Source of the DNA: a virus
IMG/VR virus record: IMGVR_UViG_3300025009_000068
Span: 1 to 64,000 of that record
Direction: 5' to 3' (one strand)
Length of the DNA stretch: 64,000 nucleotides
Of this stretch, positions 18,001 to 25,752 are shown one piece after another (position 1 is the first letter of the stretch; each line of letters opens with the position of its first letter). The notes under the pieces are model-generated. The model was not told where the DNA came from and did no database searches. It was given only the letters and a program-made list of their open reading frames with translations. Both the position numbers and the translations under genes were made by a program.

Positions 18001-21000
18001 TTCCTGAAGGGTGTGGTTGGACGGATTCATAGTAAGATCTGACGCGAGGATAGCCTGATTTACGCCCATCTCCATTGCGTCATAGGCATCCTTTGGAGTG
18101 TATTTGCCTTGAGCCTGCGTTCCACTGAATGCTTTGTCGGCTTCGGAGAAAAGATCCTGCCAGGTGAAGGATTCCTTCCGCGCGACCTTCCCTTTTACCC
18201 AGGTTGCAAGACGTTGGCTGGAAGATGCGGCAGGAGCTTGTTCCTCTTCTCTGGACGCATCAGCCATGGACTTCGCGGGGGTGACCGGGGCAGGTGCGGA
18301 GGGTTCTGGTTCAAGAGCGTCTTCGCTCTTGGGCTTCTCCGCCTCCACCTCCTCAACCGTCATGAACTGCTCGTCGATGTATCCTGGACGCAACACAAAG
18401 GATTGGACCCGCATTCCCCCTTCAAGGATGTAGCGAGCGCCCTTGTCGTCGGAGTAGATCGTATCCCCGTCCCTGTTCTTTCCGACGATTATTCGTTGGG
18501 GTCCTGGCTGAGCGGTCTGCTCAGACTTCTCTGCGACATTCTCATCCTTCCCTGCCTTCTCCCCTCCAATCCCCAACGCCGCCCGTACCGCGGCCTCGTT
18601 CTTCTTGGGGAACACCCATCCCTTGTGCTTGCCGTTGTAGAGCCCGCTGTGCTGCTTCAAGACGGGGGCGATGCGGTCCTTGTTCGCAGTGTAGTCGCCC
18701 TTCACGATTATGGACTTGGTGTCCAGGTCTGAGACTGTTAGGGTGGGGGGAGTGGAAGAGGCAGGTTGAACGGGGGAGGATGTCGTTGGCCGAGAAGAGA
18801 GAGGGGGCTCTTCCTTTGCTGCTGGCTCTTCCTCCACTTCCTTCTCTGCCACGGCAACCGGCTCAGCTTTCTCCTTGAGCGGCTTCCGAGCGGCGGTCTC
18901 GGCCGTCGGCCCGGTGCGGGTCTGCTTCGGCGTTACGGGGGGAGGGGCGGCGGGCAGTGCTGCGGGAGCTTCTGGTTTCTTTACCAACTTCCCAGTTTCC
19001 GTATCGACTACCAACCCATCACGCTGAGAATTTCCGAAATACCGGATCTCAACCGGGATGTCTTTTAGCCCGGCCTCAACAGCAGCACGAACACGGTGAT
19101 TCCCCTCGGAGATATGGACCTTCCCGTCCTTCTCCTTGAAGATGATGATGGGCTCCTTGACGCCGTTTTGCTTCACGTCCTGAACGAAAGCATTCCACTT
19201 CGCTGTGCCATATCCTCCGGTTCGATCTCTCTTGAATAGAAGGTGCTCGTCATTCTCTCCCGGCAGACCAACTATCTCTCGAGGATCAATCATCCCGCGA
19301 TCTGACCGGGTGGTATCGGTGCGTCCAGCATTCCAGTCCGGAGGGCCTTCATCGATGCGTGTTTTCCATTTCGGCTTCTCGGATTCTGCACTTCCCTTCT
19401 CCGCCTTCTCCTTCCCAGCCTGCTCTCGATCCTTGCGCTCCTGGTCAAGCCGCTTCCGCTCGGCCAATTGCTCGGCAAGCCCGGCCGCGAAGGGGAGATC
19501 AACATCCTCCTTCTGCTTCACTACGCCCTGCTCGGTCTCAATAACCTTCGGCACCTTCTTGCCTACAGGCTTCGTGGCATCGCCGCCCTTGAGCCATGCC
19601 TTGAATTCCGGCATGGTGAATTCGGTTATGGCGCCAAGGCCCTGCCACCCTTCCGGGTAATTGGCAAGGTAGGTTCCTAGTGCCTGCTGCTCGTCCTTTC
19701 CACCAGCTACGGCCTTCAATTCATCGAACTTGCCGGTTTCGGGATTTATCTGGTCGATAATGAACACCGGAAGTTTTGCATCCAGCGTCTTGTCTCCGGT
19801 CAGATTATCCGTCCGCACGAACACGTCGAGCAGGTCCTTGTCGCGGCCACGAACCCCCTTGATCCTGCCGTAATGCGCCTCTTTTATGACACGCTGCCAC
19901 TTCGGGGGGTCGTGATTCACGTCTTTCCGGACGGAGCCGATGGGACTTTCTATGGAGATCGGGATTCCCTGGAAGGAGAAGTGGCCGAGCTCTGCGTTGT
20001 CGGCTTTAATCTGCGGGGTCGTGGGTTGTGGCTTGTCGTTCAGCGGGGAGCTTGCTGCTTCGTGGGCGGCTATGTCGAGCGGCGTTTTCAGGGACTGCTG
20101 GGCTATGGATACGGGGTTTTCTTGTTCTGACTGCTGGCCTTGAAGAGGAGGGGCTTCTCCTTCGAGGCCTTCTCGCGTTGTTTGTCCTTCGAGGCCAGCC
20201 GGTTCTCCCTGCCCTACTTCTTCGGCGGTTCCTTGACGTGCCGCTTCCCCACCGGGTTCCTCGGATTTTGGGAATTCCAGATCTTGGCCGCCTTCTCCTG
20301 CGCCTTGTCCCTGGACATTCCCTCCCGGATAAACCTGTCCCTCATCGCTTCGTATCCCTTGGGCATCGGGTGCTTCTCCTTTCATTGCCTCTTGCGGCTC
20401 TTGTTGCGGCTCTTGTTGTGGCATGGCAAGAGGCTGTCTCGCGGCAGTTTGCGGAGTCGGGGTTGTGCGTTGGGCCGGTCCTCCAGGCGTCGGTACTTCC
20501 GGTCGCGCAAGAATGGCCTCGGGAGAGTACCGCTCTTCCTGGACGCCCTGCCTTACCGGGGTGCGCGTCGCGGCCTCTCCTGTCACGAGCTGTGACGGAT
20601 TAATCTGGTCGTAATACGCCTTGATCGAGTTAAAGATTTTGAGCTTGTTGCTCCTATCCTTCAAGGAAATTTTGCGAGAGTCGGCGTATTCAAGCATCTG
20701 ATCCCGGTTCATGCCGCGCAGGTCGGGGACCATCATGCGCCAATTCTGAGTCGGGGAAGGAAGTCTTGGAACGCCTTCAGGAGCTGGCTCGCCAGGATAC
20801 CCCTCCGGGGGAGCGGGAAGTCCAAAGCGCTCTTGCGGTGCTTCGATTCCGATGCGCTCCACGCGCTGAAGCTCTGGAAAGCCTTTTGGCCCTGAAGGAG
20901 GAGTGGCCGGCTGCCCGGTGTCGCCTGTATCTTCCGACCCTGCTCCACCTTCCCCGCCAGTCCCGCCTTGCCCTCTTCTCCCCTGTGCCGCCGTTCCAAG

Positions 21001-22731
21001 CCCGGCAAAGAAAAGTGAAGTGGCGGCCGTTGACGGAATCGATTCAAGCGCGGCTTGTCCAGGGGTTGGCGTTGGCATCCCGGCGCTCTCCCTGGCCGCC
21101 GCCTGCACTGCTGCCGTCGGGGCCTCGGTTGCTATCTCGACGGGAGCGATTTTCAATACATTGCCCACATACCTTCGGATCAATCCCTTGACCGGTTCAG
21201 TAAGGTTTCCCCCGAAGAGCTTAAGCATCTTCATTTCAAGAAGATCGCTGGAGGCTTCAAATGCTGTCTCGGCAATGGCCGCGACAACCGCTTCATCGTA
21301 TGCTTCTTCCCTGGGAATTCCAAGCTTTTCCGCGTCTTCCATGAACCGGTCATACTCGGCCAAGCCAAAGAGCGCAGCACCACTGGTCACATACCCCGCG
21401 AGCGCTCCCGCTGCACCACCAAACAACGCACCGGTTACGGTGGCCGGAAGCCTGGTGGACACGGAATGGCTGAAACTTCTCGCCCCTTCGTATGCCCACT
21501 TTCGATATCCGCCCATGCCTTCTTCTTGCGCCGCCTTTGATGGCTTCTCGAGTGTCCACCTCTTCCGTTTTGCTTCGAGGTCAGAGAGCATGGAAGAAGT
21601 GTCTACTCCCATGACTCGGCCCGCGCGAAGGTATGTTTCGGCTGCATCAGGTCCACCAGCCAGCATTCCGGATGCGATATCCCCAAACAGGCTTCCACCT
21701 TTTCCGGCATCAGCCATTCCAACGCCAGGAGGTCCAAGCAATTCAGTCGCCATGTCGTCAACGGCGCTTTCCCAAGCTTCTCTTCGCTTCTGCGCGGCAA
21801 TGTCCTCCGGGGTCTGCATGCCGATCAAGCCGAGGGCGCGGCGGCGCGTTTCCAGGGAGGCCGGCGGGGCGTTGGCCGTGAAGGGTTGGAGGCCTAGGAG
21901 ACCTTGCCCCTCGATGCCGCGACTACCTTGCCCTTCGCTGCCGGCACCGGCTTTGTGGCGAGAGAGCCATCCGGCCACGGCGTCAACGCCCTGCTGCCAG
22001 TCTCCGAAGTTCTTCATGTTCCCGGCATCGTCATTTCCAACATTTCCGGGATTGAATGTCCTGGCTCCCTTCCCGCGCGTTCCGTATGAACTATCCTGCC
22101 TCATGAGCGCCAGAACGACAAAAGGGTCAACGTTGTACCTGCTGGCAGAGGAAGCCACCATTGATCCGGTCACGGGGCTCCCAGGGGCCACGGATTGGAT
22201 GTGGGTGTCTATGGCCTCGATGGAACTGAGACTGGAAAGCTCGTTTGCATATCTGGCAACGCTTTGTTCGTGCCGTGGATCGGTAGCGTATCTTGATATG
22301 TCGTAGCCGCGGACTACTCCACCTTGCGGCCCAACATCAATGCTGCCATCGGAAAGACCGCCAGCCAGCCCGCGAGATGTCGTGCGTCGTGTCGTGCGCG
22401 GCTCAGGGGCGGGTCCGAAGAGTTGCTCTGCCAGGGCGTCGATTTGGGATGCCTTGAAGGTGGTGGGGATTGGTGATGTGGGCGAGGCTTGCGGAGCCTG
22501 GAAGACTGGTGAGGCTTGCGATGGAATGAATGGCTGCTCTGTCGTGCCCATTGGGTCGGACTGGATCGTCGGCGCGGCGGCGGTGGGTAGTGGGCTGGCT
22601 GGTGCTGCCGGTGCTTCAGGTAATGCGGTATCAATGGGCGTTGTGGCAGTCGCTGGCTGTGTTGCGGCAGTTGCGGGAGGGCCGAGAAGCTCAGCCGCCA
22701 TTTCATCGATCAATCGTCCATCGTAGGCCAT
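9001..22731 (-). CDS. Giant DarB-like polyvalent (probably injected) protein, 4576 aa
   Basis: Lysozyme-like (YNVDPFVVLALMRQDSSYG), inorganic pyrophosphatase-like (HYGRIKG..GRDKD.LDVF), ParB/Srx (EGNHR), adenine MTase (EPSAG, NPPF), strawberry-notch helicase (GDGTGVGKGR, DESH, GRTHR), LPD23/HEXXH (HEIQH), ART-like (FHG..FYFT..EYVVF), LPD38-like C-terminus (LPKPFE). Confidence 0.92.
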   Translation of the reverse strand: MAYDGRLIDEMAAELLGPPATAATQPATATTPIDTALPEAPAAPASPLPTAAAPTIQSDPMGTTEQPFIPSQASPVFQAPQASPTSPIPTTFKASQIDALAEQLFGPAPEPRTTRRTTSRGLAGGLSDGSIDVGPQGGVVRGYDISRYATDPRHEQSVARYANELSSLSSIEAIDTHIQSVAPGSPVTGSMVASSASRYNVDPFVVLALMRQDSSYGTRGKGARTFNPGNVGNDDAGNMKNFGDWQQGVDAVAGWLSRHKAGAGSEGQGSRGIEGQGLLGLQPFTANAPPASLETRRRALGLIGMQTPEDIAAQKRREAWESAVDDMATELLGPPGVGMADAGKGGSLFGDIASGMLAGGPDAAETYLRAGRVMGVDTSSMLSDLEAKRKRWTLEKPSKAAQEEGMGGYRKWAYEGARSFSHSVSTRLPATVTGALFGGAAGALAGYVTSGAALFGLAEYDRFMEDAEKLGIPREEAYDEAVVAAIAETAFEASSDLLEMKMLKLFGGNLTEPVKGLIRRYVGNVLKIAPVEIATEAPTAAVQAAARESAGMPTPTPGQAALESIPSTAATSLFFAGLGTAAQGRRGQGGTGGEGGAGSEDTGDTGQPATPPSGPKGFPELQRVERIGIEAPQERFGLPAPPEGYPGEPAPEGVPRLPSPTQNWRMMVPDLRGMNRDQMLEYADSRKISLKDRSNKLKIFNSIKAYYDQINPSQLVTGEAATRTPVRQGVQEERYSPEAILARPEVPTPGGPAQRTTPTPQTAARQPLAMPQQEPQQEPQEAMKGEAPDAQGIRSDEGQVYPGGNVQGQGAGEGGQDLEFPKSEEPGGEAARQGTAEEVGQGEPAGLEGQTTREGLEGEAPPLQGQQSEQENPVSIAQQSLKTPLDIAAHEAASSPLNDKPQPTTPQIKADNAELGHFSFQGIPISIESPIGSVRKDVNHDPPKWQRVIKEAHYGRIKGVRGRDKDLLDVFVRTDNLTGDKTLDAKLPVFIIDQINPETGKFDELKAVAGGKDEQQALGTYLANYPEGWQGLGAITEFTMPEFKAWLKGGDATKPVGKKVPKVIETEQGVVKQKEDVDLPFAAGLAEQLAERKRLDQERKDREQAGKEKAEKGSAESEKPKWKTRIDEGPPDWNAGRTDTTRSDRGMIDPREIVGLPGENDEHLLFKRDRTGGYGTAKWNAFVQDVKQNGVKEPIIIFKEKDGKVHISEGNHRVRAAVEAGLKDIPVEIRYFGNSQRDGLVVDTETGKLVKKPEAPAALPAAPPPVTPKQTRTGPTAETAARKPLKEKAEPVAVAEKEVEEEPAAKEEPPLSSRPTTSSPVQPASSTPPTLTVSDLDTKSIIVKGDYTANKDRIAPVLKQHSGLYNGKHKGWVFPKKNEAAVRAALGIGGEKAGKDENVAEKSEQTAQPGPQRIIVGKNRDGDTIYSDDKGARYILEGGMRVQSFVLRPGYIDEQFMTVEEVEAEKPKSEDALEPEPSAPAPVTPAKSMADASREEEQAPAASSSQRLATWVKGKVARKESFTWQDLFSEADKAFSGTQAQGKYTPKDAYDAMEMGVNQAILASDLTMNPSNHTLQEAEQKVKELQNLIAKLPTQSKRTEEMDEFQQFSTPPPLAYLASWVANVNEQDTAIEPSAGIGGLAVFAKNAGAKVFVNELSPRRAAILEEMGFDRVFTENAEQLDNVLLDDVKPTVVVMNPPFSSTAGRIKGQRNTMNAARHIEQALNRLEDRGRLVAIVGRGMSVDAPSFRDWFAKIGKKYTVLADIGLSGKGYQKYGTTFDNRVIVIDKTGPGFDNIIKGSVEDVTEALPLLLGVRNARQRSKTSQGAESSQAQPGRAQGAQEGQTEPRPIVTPQSSVDVVGSGQQEPRPRQPGKRDGEVNEPVEPGRSDEGADGGKRGGRPGGASPQSEQVSGEPGTRVDRPGRGKDDSDREAGLRQQQRLEVSMAKAETQAEALSDSVYDAYKPSVKVAGTKAHPGNLVESAAMASVEAPPADYVPSIPKEVLAAGNLSDAQMETIVRAGQAHDTILEGGERQGFFIGDGTGVGKGREIAGVFLDNWNKGRKKGVWLSANSSLFKDARRDTEGIGDDAEKIFELGKVKATSSINASEGILFGTYDTLKMAAKGEQGKSGKRRIDQVVAWLGADFDGVIALDESHRAGNALQVQGQRGRKDPSKTALAVIELQDKLPNARVVYVSATGATEVMNLAYAKRLGLWGTGTPFPSVQAFVGQIQSGGIAAMELVSRDMKSMGKYLARSLSFHDVTYDKLEHVLTADQRDIYDKLAEGWQTVLNNLNEALQETGVVDEDGKTMDGRAKSAAMSAFWGSHQRFFNQIITSIQMPSVISRMNKELESGNACVIQLVNTNEASLGRAMANLEEDESLEDLDLTPRDQLMQYIERSFPIFQYEQYADEDGNVKSRPVLDANGNPVVNRTAEAMKERLLDQLGSIRVPDGPLEMILNEFGVKDVAEVTGRTQRVVTDESGKRVREKRSKAKTETDAQAFQEGEKNILVFSTAGGTGLSYHADLKAKNQKKRIHFLVQAGWRADVAVQGFGRTHRTNQKQAPHYLLVTTDLKGQKRFLSSIARRLDQLGALTKGQRQTGSQGFFSARDNLESEYATEALQKFLKNLLHDGEISGVSVDDFELQTGMKLRNDNGMQAAASPPMTQFLNRLLSLKYDTQNAVFDAFSKEMDAIVRREIENGTLDQGLENLKAAKIELVSEQTVHTDEKSGAETKYVELDVSNPTPVVSWEESGKVARKGYYQNLRSKNVWGRGSEKLRTKSSGDVVNEALLTAPSSRHQNVETIDLDDEKKWRRVEKEEAEKLWNDEYDKVPKMVTQRTHLISGAILPIWDRLTGKARIVRIQTDKGQRFLGRLINREDLSNTLRNLGASRTTAEYPTDRAIQLLGQGHRLELSNGWTVKESRVSGEMRIEIVGPNFNFDAELARAGVFTERVNWKTRYFIPTGTDAGQVLDKVTKSRPIVDDVAPFQGSGRVGAEEMEGGNAKEEREQEDRQAPTLQGVPKIKITNPEEKITHKAGYSEFFTTVVDADGGQAAKRVSGKAVKVKGLPDGREAFAYKIDGAYPWVVVDKQSGLALASGERTMENAVFTAELSIENVDKEEMDKVFAESELDLLPLYSWQAPGGQGTTNLYSGFPVDELIREIRAAKASIEELMPRIMPRLTDLGARIIARGHNTARTFKEELSRVLGDAFDAVRRYVLKIFAAAQRAYAKLPDAVKNEWGTFAGPKAQWWDKAEGKFSSLYDKREKFEIDDSGARIKKADEILPKEFKFKESDDGFHVYRKGKFEGLGVDKWRAAVDVSQRYGMTLDDILDHPELFKQYPELRKLGLTFLENPDGSKISGSYSPRSNKIEIRYPSKEVFAELGKDLNTNLKKDLLHEIQHAIQKLEDFARGGAPLIEKIKQQHPKEFETAIDRIKSEKPTWTSVRSVFGGDVGQTAAFSIYNRLAGEIEARDVASRSNLTPEQRRATPPYSSENIAPEDAIVRFGDGETQMAVAPKDLPESAKAKLAGTRVVGEDGEPLAVFHGGEAAIGEFKNKPDRRGGNGGFYFTPNARLASVFADQADVPGVHQVYLAIKNPKIVDFDTGASANLSPKDIASLKSQGFDGVIGKRDKTVVEYVVFNSDQIVSALSPEGEAAGKQPEQQGQQKQPEQLRSALTPPLQSEQGAIRLPQLPKFPNWSRAKAQRASTGDAEIDAALNKIGPAQKTTKEKLDAALDNWKLKAEQGIFDRFASLKALAKSAGIDTASNASRIQEDPYVAATMTTSLGDMLATMMNHGVPQWKEGAVWTPTRNKGLAQVFEPVADQLDMFLGWMVGKRAEKLMAEGRENYFTDAEIKALKRIITLPENKAKFLKVEADYIAFKKGVLDFAEASGVINAEERLLWDHDEYVPFYRIMEETQGLKGPRNKNSVASQYSGIKKLKGGESRLGDIFVNIMMNFSHLVDASVKNHATELSIQAAEKMGVAVKAKNQFKPAIVPGNQIKKIVEAEYGPLLESMGIDTSLLDFKSLQSLYRMFQMTKPQGPDVIHVLRDGKPVYYHIQDSLVLRSLSAVNERPWGGPAMKAMRTAKRLLTRGVTADPGFMIANLTRDTLSAWVVSPDFKAGVDSVKGAIKTFREDEDYVAMQASGAAFSGGYAFGHDLEAAKREVEKLNKKYKVDGSTVLNSVKKMWAFWEKFGSRFENATRTQIYANIRARGGAHVEAAYEAKRIMDYSKRGDWMTIKFLCETVPFFGARLQGAQRLYHGYRENPRGFATKGMILMGATLALYAMNADDDRYKELEEWDRDNYYHFFVLDEHFRLPKPFEVGAIFSTIPERLAEWWLGEGTSKEFARRMLFTLNQTFSWQPPQLIGPMIEQYANKSFFTGRPIEGQSLQALQPGARRDPWTGETVSVIGEATNVSPKRMEAFMRGYFGTLGTYALMASDVAVRWMYDYPDPPASRLDDLPVIRRFVQEDPARHTKYVTSMYEMIREVDQLYATVRRYEKTMEPGKAGELIERERRKLTYKDTFNKVQRQFSMIDQEIRNIHLRRDLTPEMKRKSIDELTRSKNELARDVYDSTKAAFK
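16911..17288 (-). CDS. Nested out-of-frame gene (125 aa, helical) inside the giant gene
   Basis: TTGGAGTGAGAA-ATG; globular-looking sequence where the host frame is a disordered linker. Confidence 0.65.
   Translation of the reverse strand: MHANDPRQVKALNLHKLNRAALKALKKAKQSQDPSLLHSLQLMLWALDNKSLDLDSRVSETVRSMSRWSPEEVMKVLTGESEAGDRVELLRNPSKSPVSQALELIGQVEERMIATARPDYASNSD
20214..20366 (-). CDS. Nested out-of-frame gene (50 aa, basic) inside the giant gene
   Basis: GAAAGGAGAAGCACCCG-ATG; MPKGYEAMRDRFIREGMSRDKAQEKAAKIWNSQNPRNPVGKRHVKEPPKK*. Confidence 0.7.
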   Translation of the reverse strand: MPKGYEAMRDRFIREGMSRDKAQEKAAKIWNSQNPRNPVGKRHVKEPPKK

Positions 22732-22848
22732 GGGTGGGTGATCCTTCCTGACTTTATGCGTGGATGGTTGCGGACCAGGGCTTTCGGATTTTCAAAATTG
22801 GAAAGTACCAGAGGTTTCTGCCTCTGGAAATGACGGGTGGAACATCCT

Positions 22849-23220
22849 TCATTCAACTGGCTTTCCCGTGAAATCTCTTAACAGTATTTTGAAAAAAGAA
22901 TCGGAATCGTCACTCTCTGGAGAATCAATCTTAGACTTTGCCAGTCGATCAAGATCATCCACTCGCTTTAATGCTGCCCGGATGTCGGAGAAGTCTCGAT
23001 AAAGAATGGGATCTTTTTTCTTGAAGAGGAAAGGGAATATGCTAATCGCAGCATTCAAACTAAGATGATGCCATTCATGTTCTTGCAATCCAGTAATTTC
23101 GGGATGCTCTACATACAACAAGCACCCGAAACGGTTAATATCGTTATCGAACCCAAGTAATTTCACGTTTTCAGCGAAGCCAATTCTTGAATTCAAGACT
23201 TTTATTATCGCTTTTCCCAT
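22849..23220 (-). CDS. AT-rich hypothetical protein (moron-like)
   Basis: GAGGAG RBS; visibly lower GC; own promoter upstream. Confidence 0.7.
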   Translation of the reverse strand: MGKAIIKVLNSRIGFAENVKLLGFDNDINRFGCLLYVEHPEITGLQEHEWHHLSLNAAISIFPFLFKKKDPILYRDFSDIRAALKRVDDLDRLAKSKIDSPESDDSDSFFKILLRDFTGKPVE

Positions 23221-23300
23221 AATATTTCTCCTCTCTCATGTCGTTGATGGTCGTTGATGACCGCTACCCATTCCAGCCCACTAAAACAGGCTACGAATTT

Positions 23301-23329
23301 ATTTTATTTCATGAAAGAGAAGAACGCAA
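23301..23329 (-). promoter_or_regulatory. Internal sigma70 promoter
   Basis: TTGCGT-17 nt-TAAAAT. Confidence 0.6.
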
Positions 23330-23337
23330 TCAACAAA

Positions 23338-25650
23338 TCAACCACCAATGCCACCTCTCGCCAAACCTCTTCCATCTCCCTGCTGATACTCAGGCAACGC
23401 AGTATTATCGCTCTCCCACATAAAAATCGGCGGAATCTTCCCCACCTTCATCCCCATGGCCAGCACCTCGGCCGCAAGCGCCGGGTCCTCGTTCGCCAAA
23501 GCAAAAGCCTCGAAAATGGCGCGGTCCTTCCTTGCTCCCATGGACCGCTCTCCACGCACCACTTGCTGCACGTCCTCGGCCCTGTCTCTCACGGGGAGCT
23601 CGTGCCAGAGTACCGGCGTTCCCCTTCCAGGAATTACCTGGTCGCCCCACTTGTCGGTTATTGGGCGCTGACCGGATTGCTGTGGGGAAGTGGGTTGCTG
23701 CTGAGGCTGGGGAGAAACTTGCTGCTGGGGCTGGAATTGATCCTGCCGAGCGGGCCGCTGAACCTGGAGTCCGCGAGACTGAGGAGCAAGGGGCGTCGTC
23801 ACATTGCCACCCGCAGCCCCACCGCCAACCGCCCCGCCATTCCCTTGAAGGAGAAATTGATTGGCCTTCCCGGAAAACATTGAAAGCGACGGCTGTTGCT
23901 GCTGCTGTTGCTGCTGCTGTTGCTGAGCAACGGGACCCGTTCCAACCGCACCGATTTCAGTTCCTGCGGATAGCCCCTGCTGCCCCTGCTGCCCCTGCGA
24001 CACGGGAATCCCGCTCCGCCGAAAAGTATCCCCGTAAGCCTTGGTTGATCCTTCCGGCGCTCCGCTCATGACAATCCTCGCACGCTCTCCAATGGGAAGG
24101 GATGCGAACGTATCCTCCTTCTGCTGCCTTTCGGCCTCTCCCTCGCGCTCCATGACATACTTGACTCGCTCGCTCAACGGCATTCCAGCCCAGGCCTCGG
24201 GCGCATAGTCTGCCATCATGAGGCCGCGTGCTCCTCCGGCTCCTTGACGGGCAAGAGGGGCGGCCGTGGTTGGCCTGGTGGATAGGCCTCTTTTGCCGGT
24301 AACACCCGGCGCTGTCTCGGCTGCGTATGCCTCGTTTGGGGATATCGCTGACAGGATGCGACTTCCGAGAGATGCCTCTTGCTGGTTGGTCGGCGTGACA
24401 CGAGACGGGACGGAAGGTGCTCTGAAGGGGACGAATGGCGCTTGTTGCGATGCGCCTGCACTACCATCCCCCGTCGATGGAAGCTCCATTTCATCAAGCT
24501 CCTGCATGGTTCGCCCTGAAGGGGATAGGCCTCCTCCCTTCGAGGGTGATGCGTTTCCGGGTGCGCCTGGTGCCCCGCCACCGGGAGATCCCTGCGATAG
24601 TTTCTGAGATATGGCCTCTGCCGCCTTCTTGATCTCTGCTTCGGATTTGTTGGGGTACTTCGCTTTGATCTGGTCATAAACCGATTGAGGATCTCCAGGG
24701 ACTGCTTGGCCTCCCTGCCCGGCACTCCCAGCCCCACCTTCACCGCCACCGCCACCCCACAAAGAAGACTTTCTGAGCTTGTCGGCATAAGCCTTCAGCC
24801 CATCAACCTTCTTCTGTGCCGACTCGGTATCGAAAGAATTCTGGAAAATATTCCCGGCCGCCGCCAGTACCGCGCGCTGATATGCGGCATCGTCTCCCCT
24901 GCTCACCGAATGCATGATCATGTTGGCCTGCACGGGATCGACCCCGAGGGACTCGACATACATCATGGTGTTCTTCTCTTCGGGGGTCGGGGTAAGCCTG
25001 GCCTTCTGAACATCGATGCTTCCCTGGTGCGTTGCCTCGTCAAGCTTGTACCCATGCCCAACATCCAACTTCTCAAGCTCATTGGCCCGCTCAATCCCCA
25101 TCTTCCGAACGTCCCAGGCCTTGTCTTTCATCCACTGAGCTTCCTTGGCCCTGCTCTGCCTGCTTTCCGCGATCCATCCCATGAAATTCTTGGGATTCGC
25201 CAGGGCCATGGGAACCTCCAGCATTTCGTTGATGCTGCCGAACTCCTGTGCATTCCCGGCATCATCGGTAAGGGTGAACGCCTTCACTCCAGTTCTCGGA
25301 TCAACCTTGACGCCGCCCTTGTACTTCCTGCCGTCGGGTACATACCCGTCATAGCTCAGCATATCGGCCACGACTTGGGGGTCCTGCGTCGCCACGGCCC
25401 GCTTTGCCACGGGAAGGAAATCACGCATGAAGGCGTTGTAGTTCTTCTGCTCCTCGAGCCCTTCCATCTTGAGCCCACGCTCGGCCTGAACCAGCGGTTC
25501 ATTCGCCTTCTGCTGGTCGATCTCGCTTTGCAGCCCCTGGTTTACGAGGCCCGCCCGCTGCTGGCCAAGCTCCTGCGTTTGTGCGTCCTGGTAGCCTTTA
25601 TACATCAAACTTGGAGCCGTACCGGATACGATGCCTCCCCATCCAGCCAT
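23338..25650 (-). CDS. Putative internal virion/ejection protein
   Basis: 770 aa, Q/G/A-rich, located between the tail genes and the giant protein. Confidence 0.7.
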   Translation of the reverse strand: MAGWGGIVSGTAPSLMYKGYQDAQTQELGQQRAGLVNQGLQSEIDQQKANEPLVQAERGLKMEGLEEQKNYNAFMRDFLPVAKRAVATQDPQVVADMLSYDGYVPDGRKYKGGVKVDPRTGVKAFTLTDDAGNAQEFGSINEMLEVPMALANPKNFMGWIAESRQSRAKEAQWMKDKAWDVRKMGIERANELEKLDVGHGYKLDEATHQGSIDVQKARLTPTPEEKNTMMYVESLGVDPVQANMIMHSVSRGDDAAYQRAVLAAAGNIFQNSFDTESAQKKVDGLKAYADKLRKSSLWGGGGGEGGAGSAGQGGQAVPGDPQSVYDQIKAKYPNKSEAEIKKAAEAISQKLSQGSPGGGAPGAPGNASPSKGGGLSPSGRTMQELDEMELPSTGDGSAGASQQAPFVPFRAPSVPSRVTPTNQQEASLGSRILSAISPNEAYAAETAPGVTGKRGLSTRPTTAAPLARQGAGGARGLMMADYAPEAWAGMPLSERVKYVMEREGEAERQQKEDTFASLPIGERARIVMSGAPEGSTKAYGDTFRRSGIPVSQGQQGQQGLSAGTEIGAVGTGPVAQQQQQQQQQQQPSLSMFSGKANQFLLQGNGGAVGGGAAGGNVTTPLAPQSRGLQVQRPARQDQFQPQQQVSPQPQQQPTSPQQSGQRPITDKWGDQVIPGRGTPVLWHELPVRDRAEDVQQVVRGERSMGARKDRAIFEAFALANEDPALAAEVLAMGMKVGKIPPIFMWESDNTALPEYQQGDGRGLARGGIGG

Positions 25651-25752
25651 GGACTTTCTCCTTATTGCGATTCACGGTTATTGTGAGTGGTCATTTTATT
25701 TCATAGTTCAATAATTAGGGTAAAAATGAAATAGCATTGCTCGATTCAATTC

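Noticed and set aside
18490-19505. Further nested ORFs in the giant gene (19290-19505; short ORF near 18540)
   Set aside because: RBS spacing is poor and the products are short or look non-globular
6755-22306. Long + strand ORFs (e.g. 6755-8050, 9115-10212, 10273-11469, 20903-22306)
   Set aside because: Antisense shadows of well-supported - strand genes; no motifs or RBS
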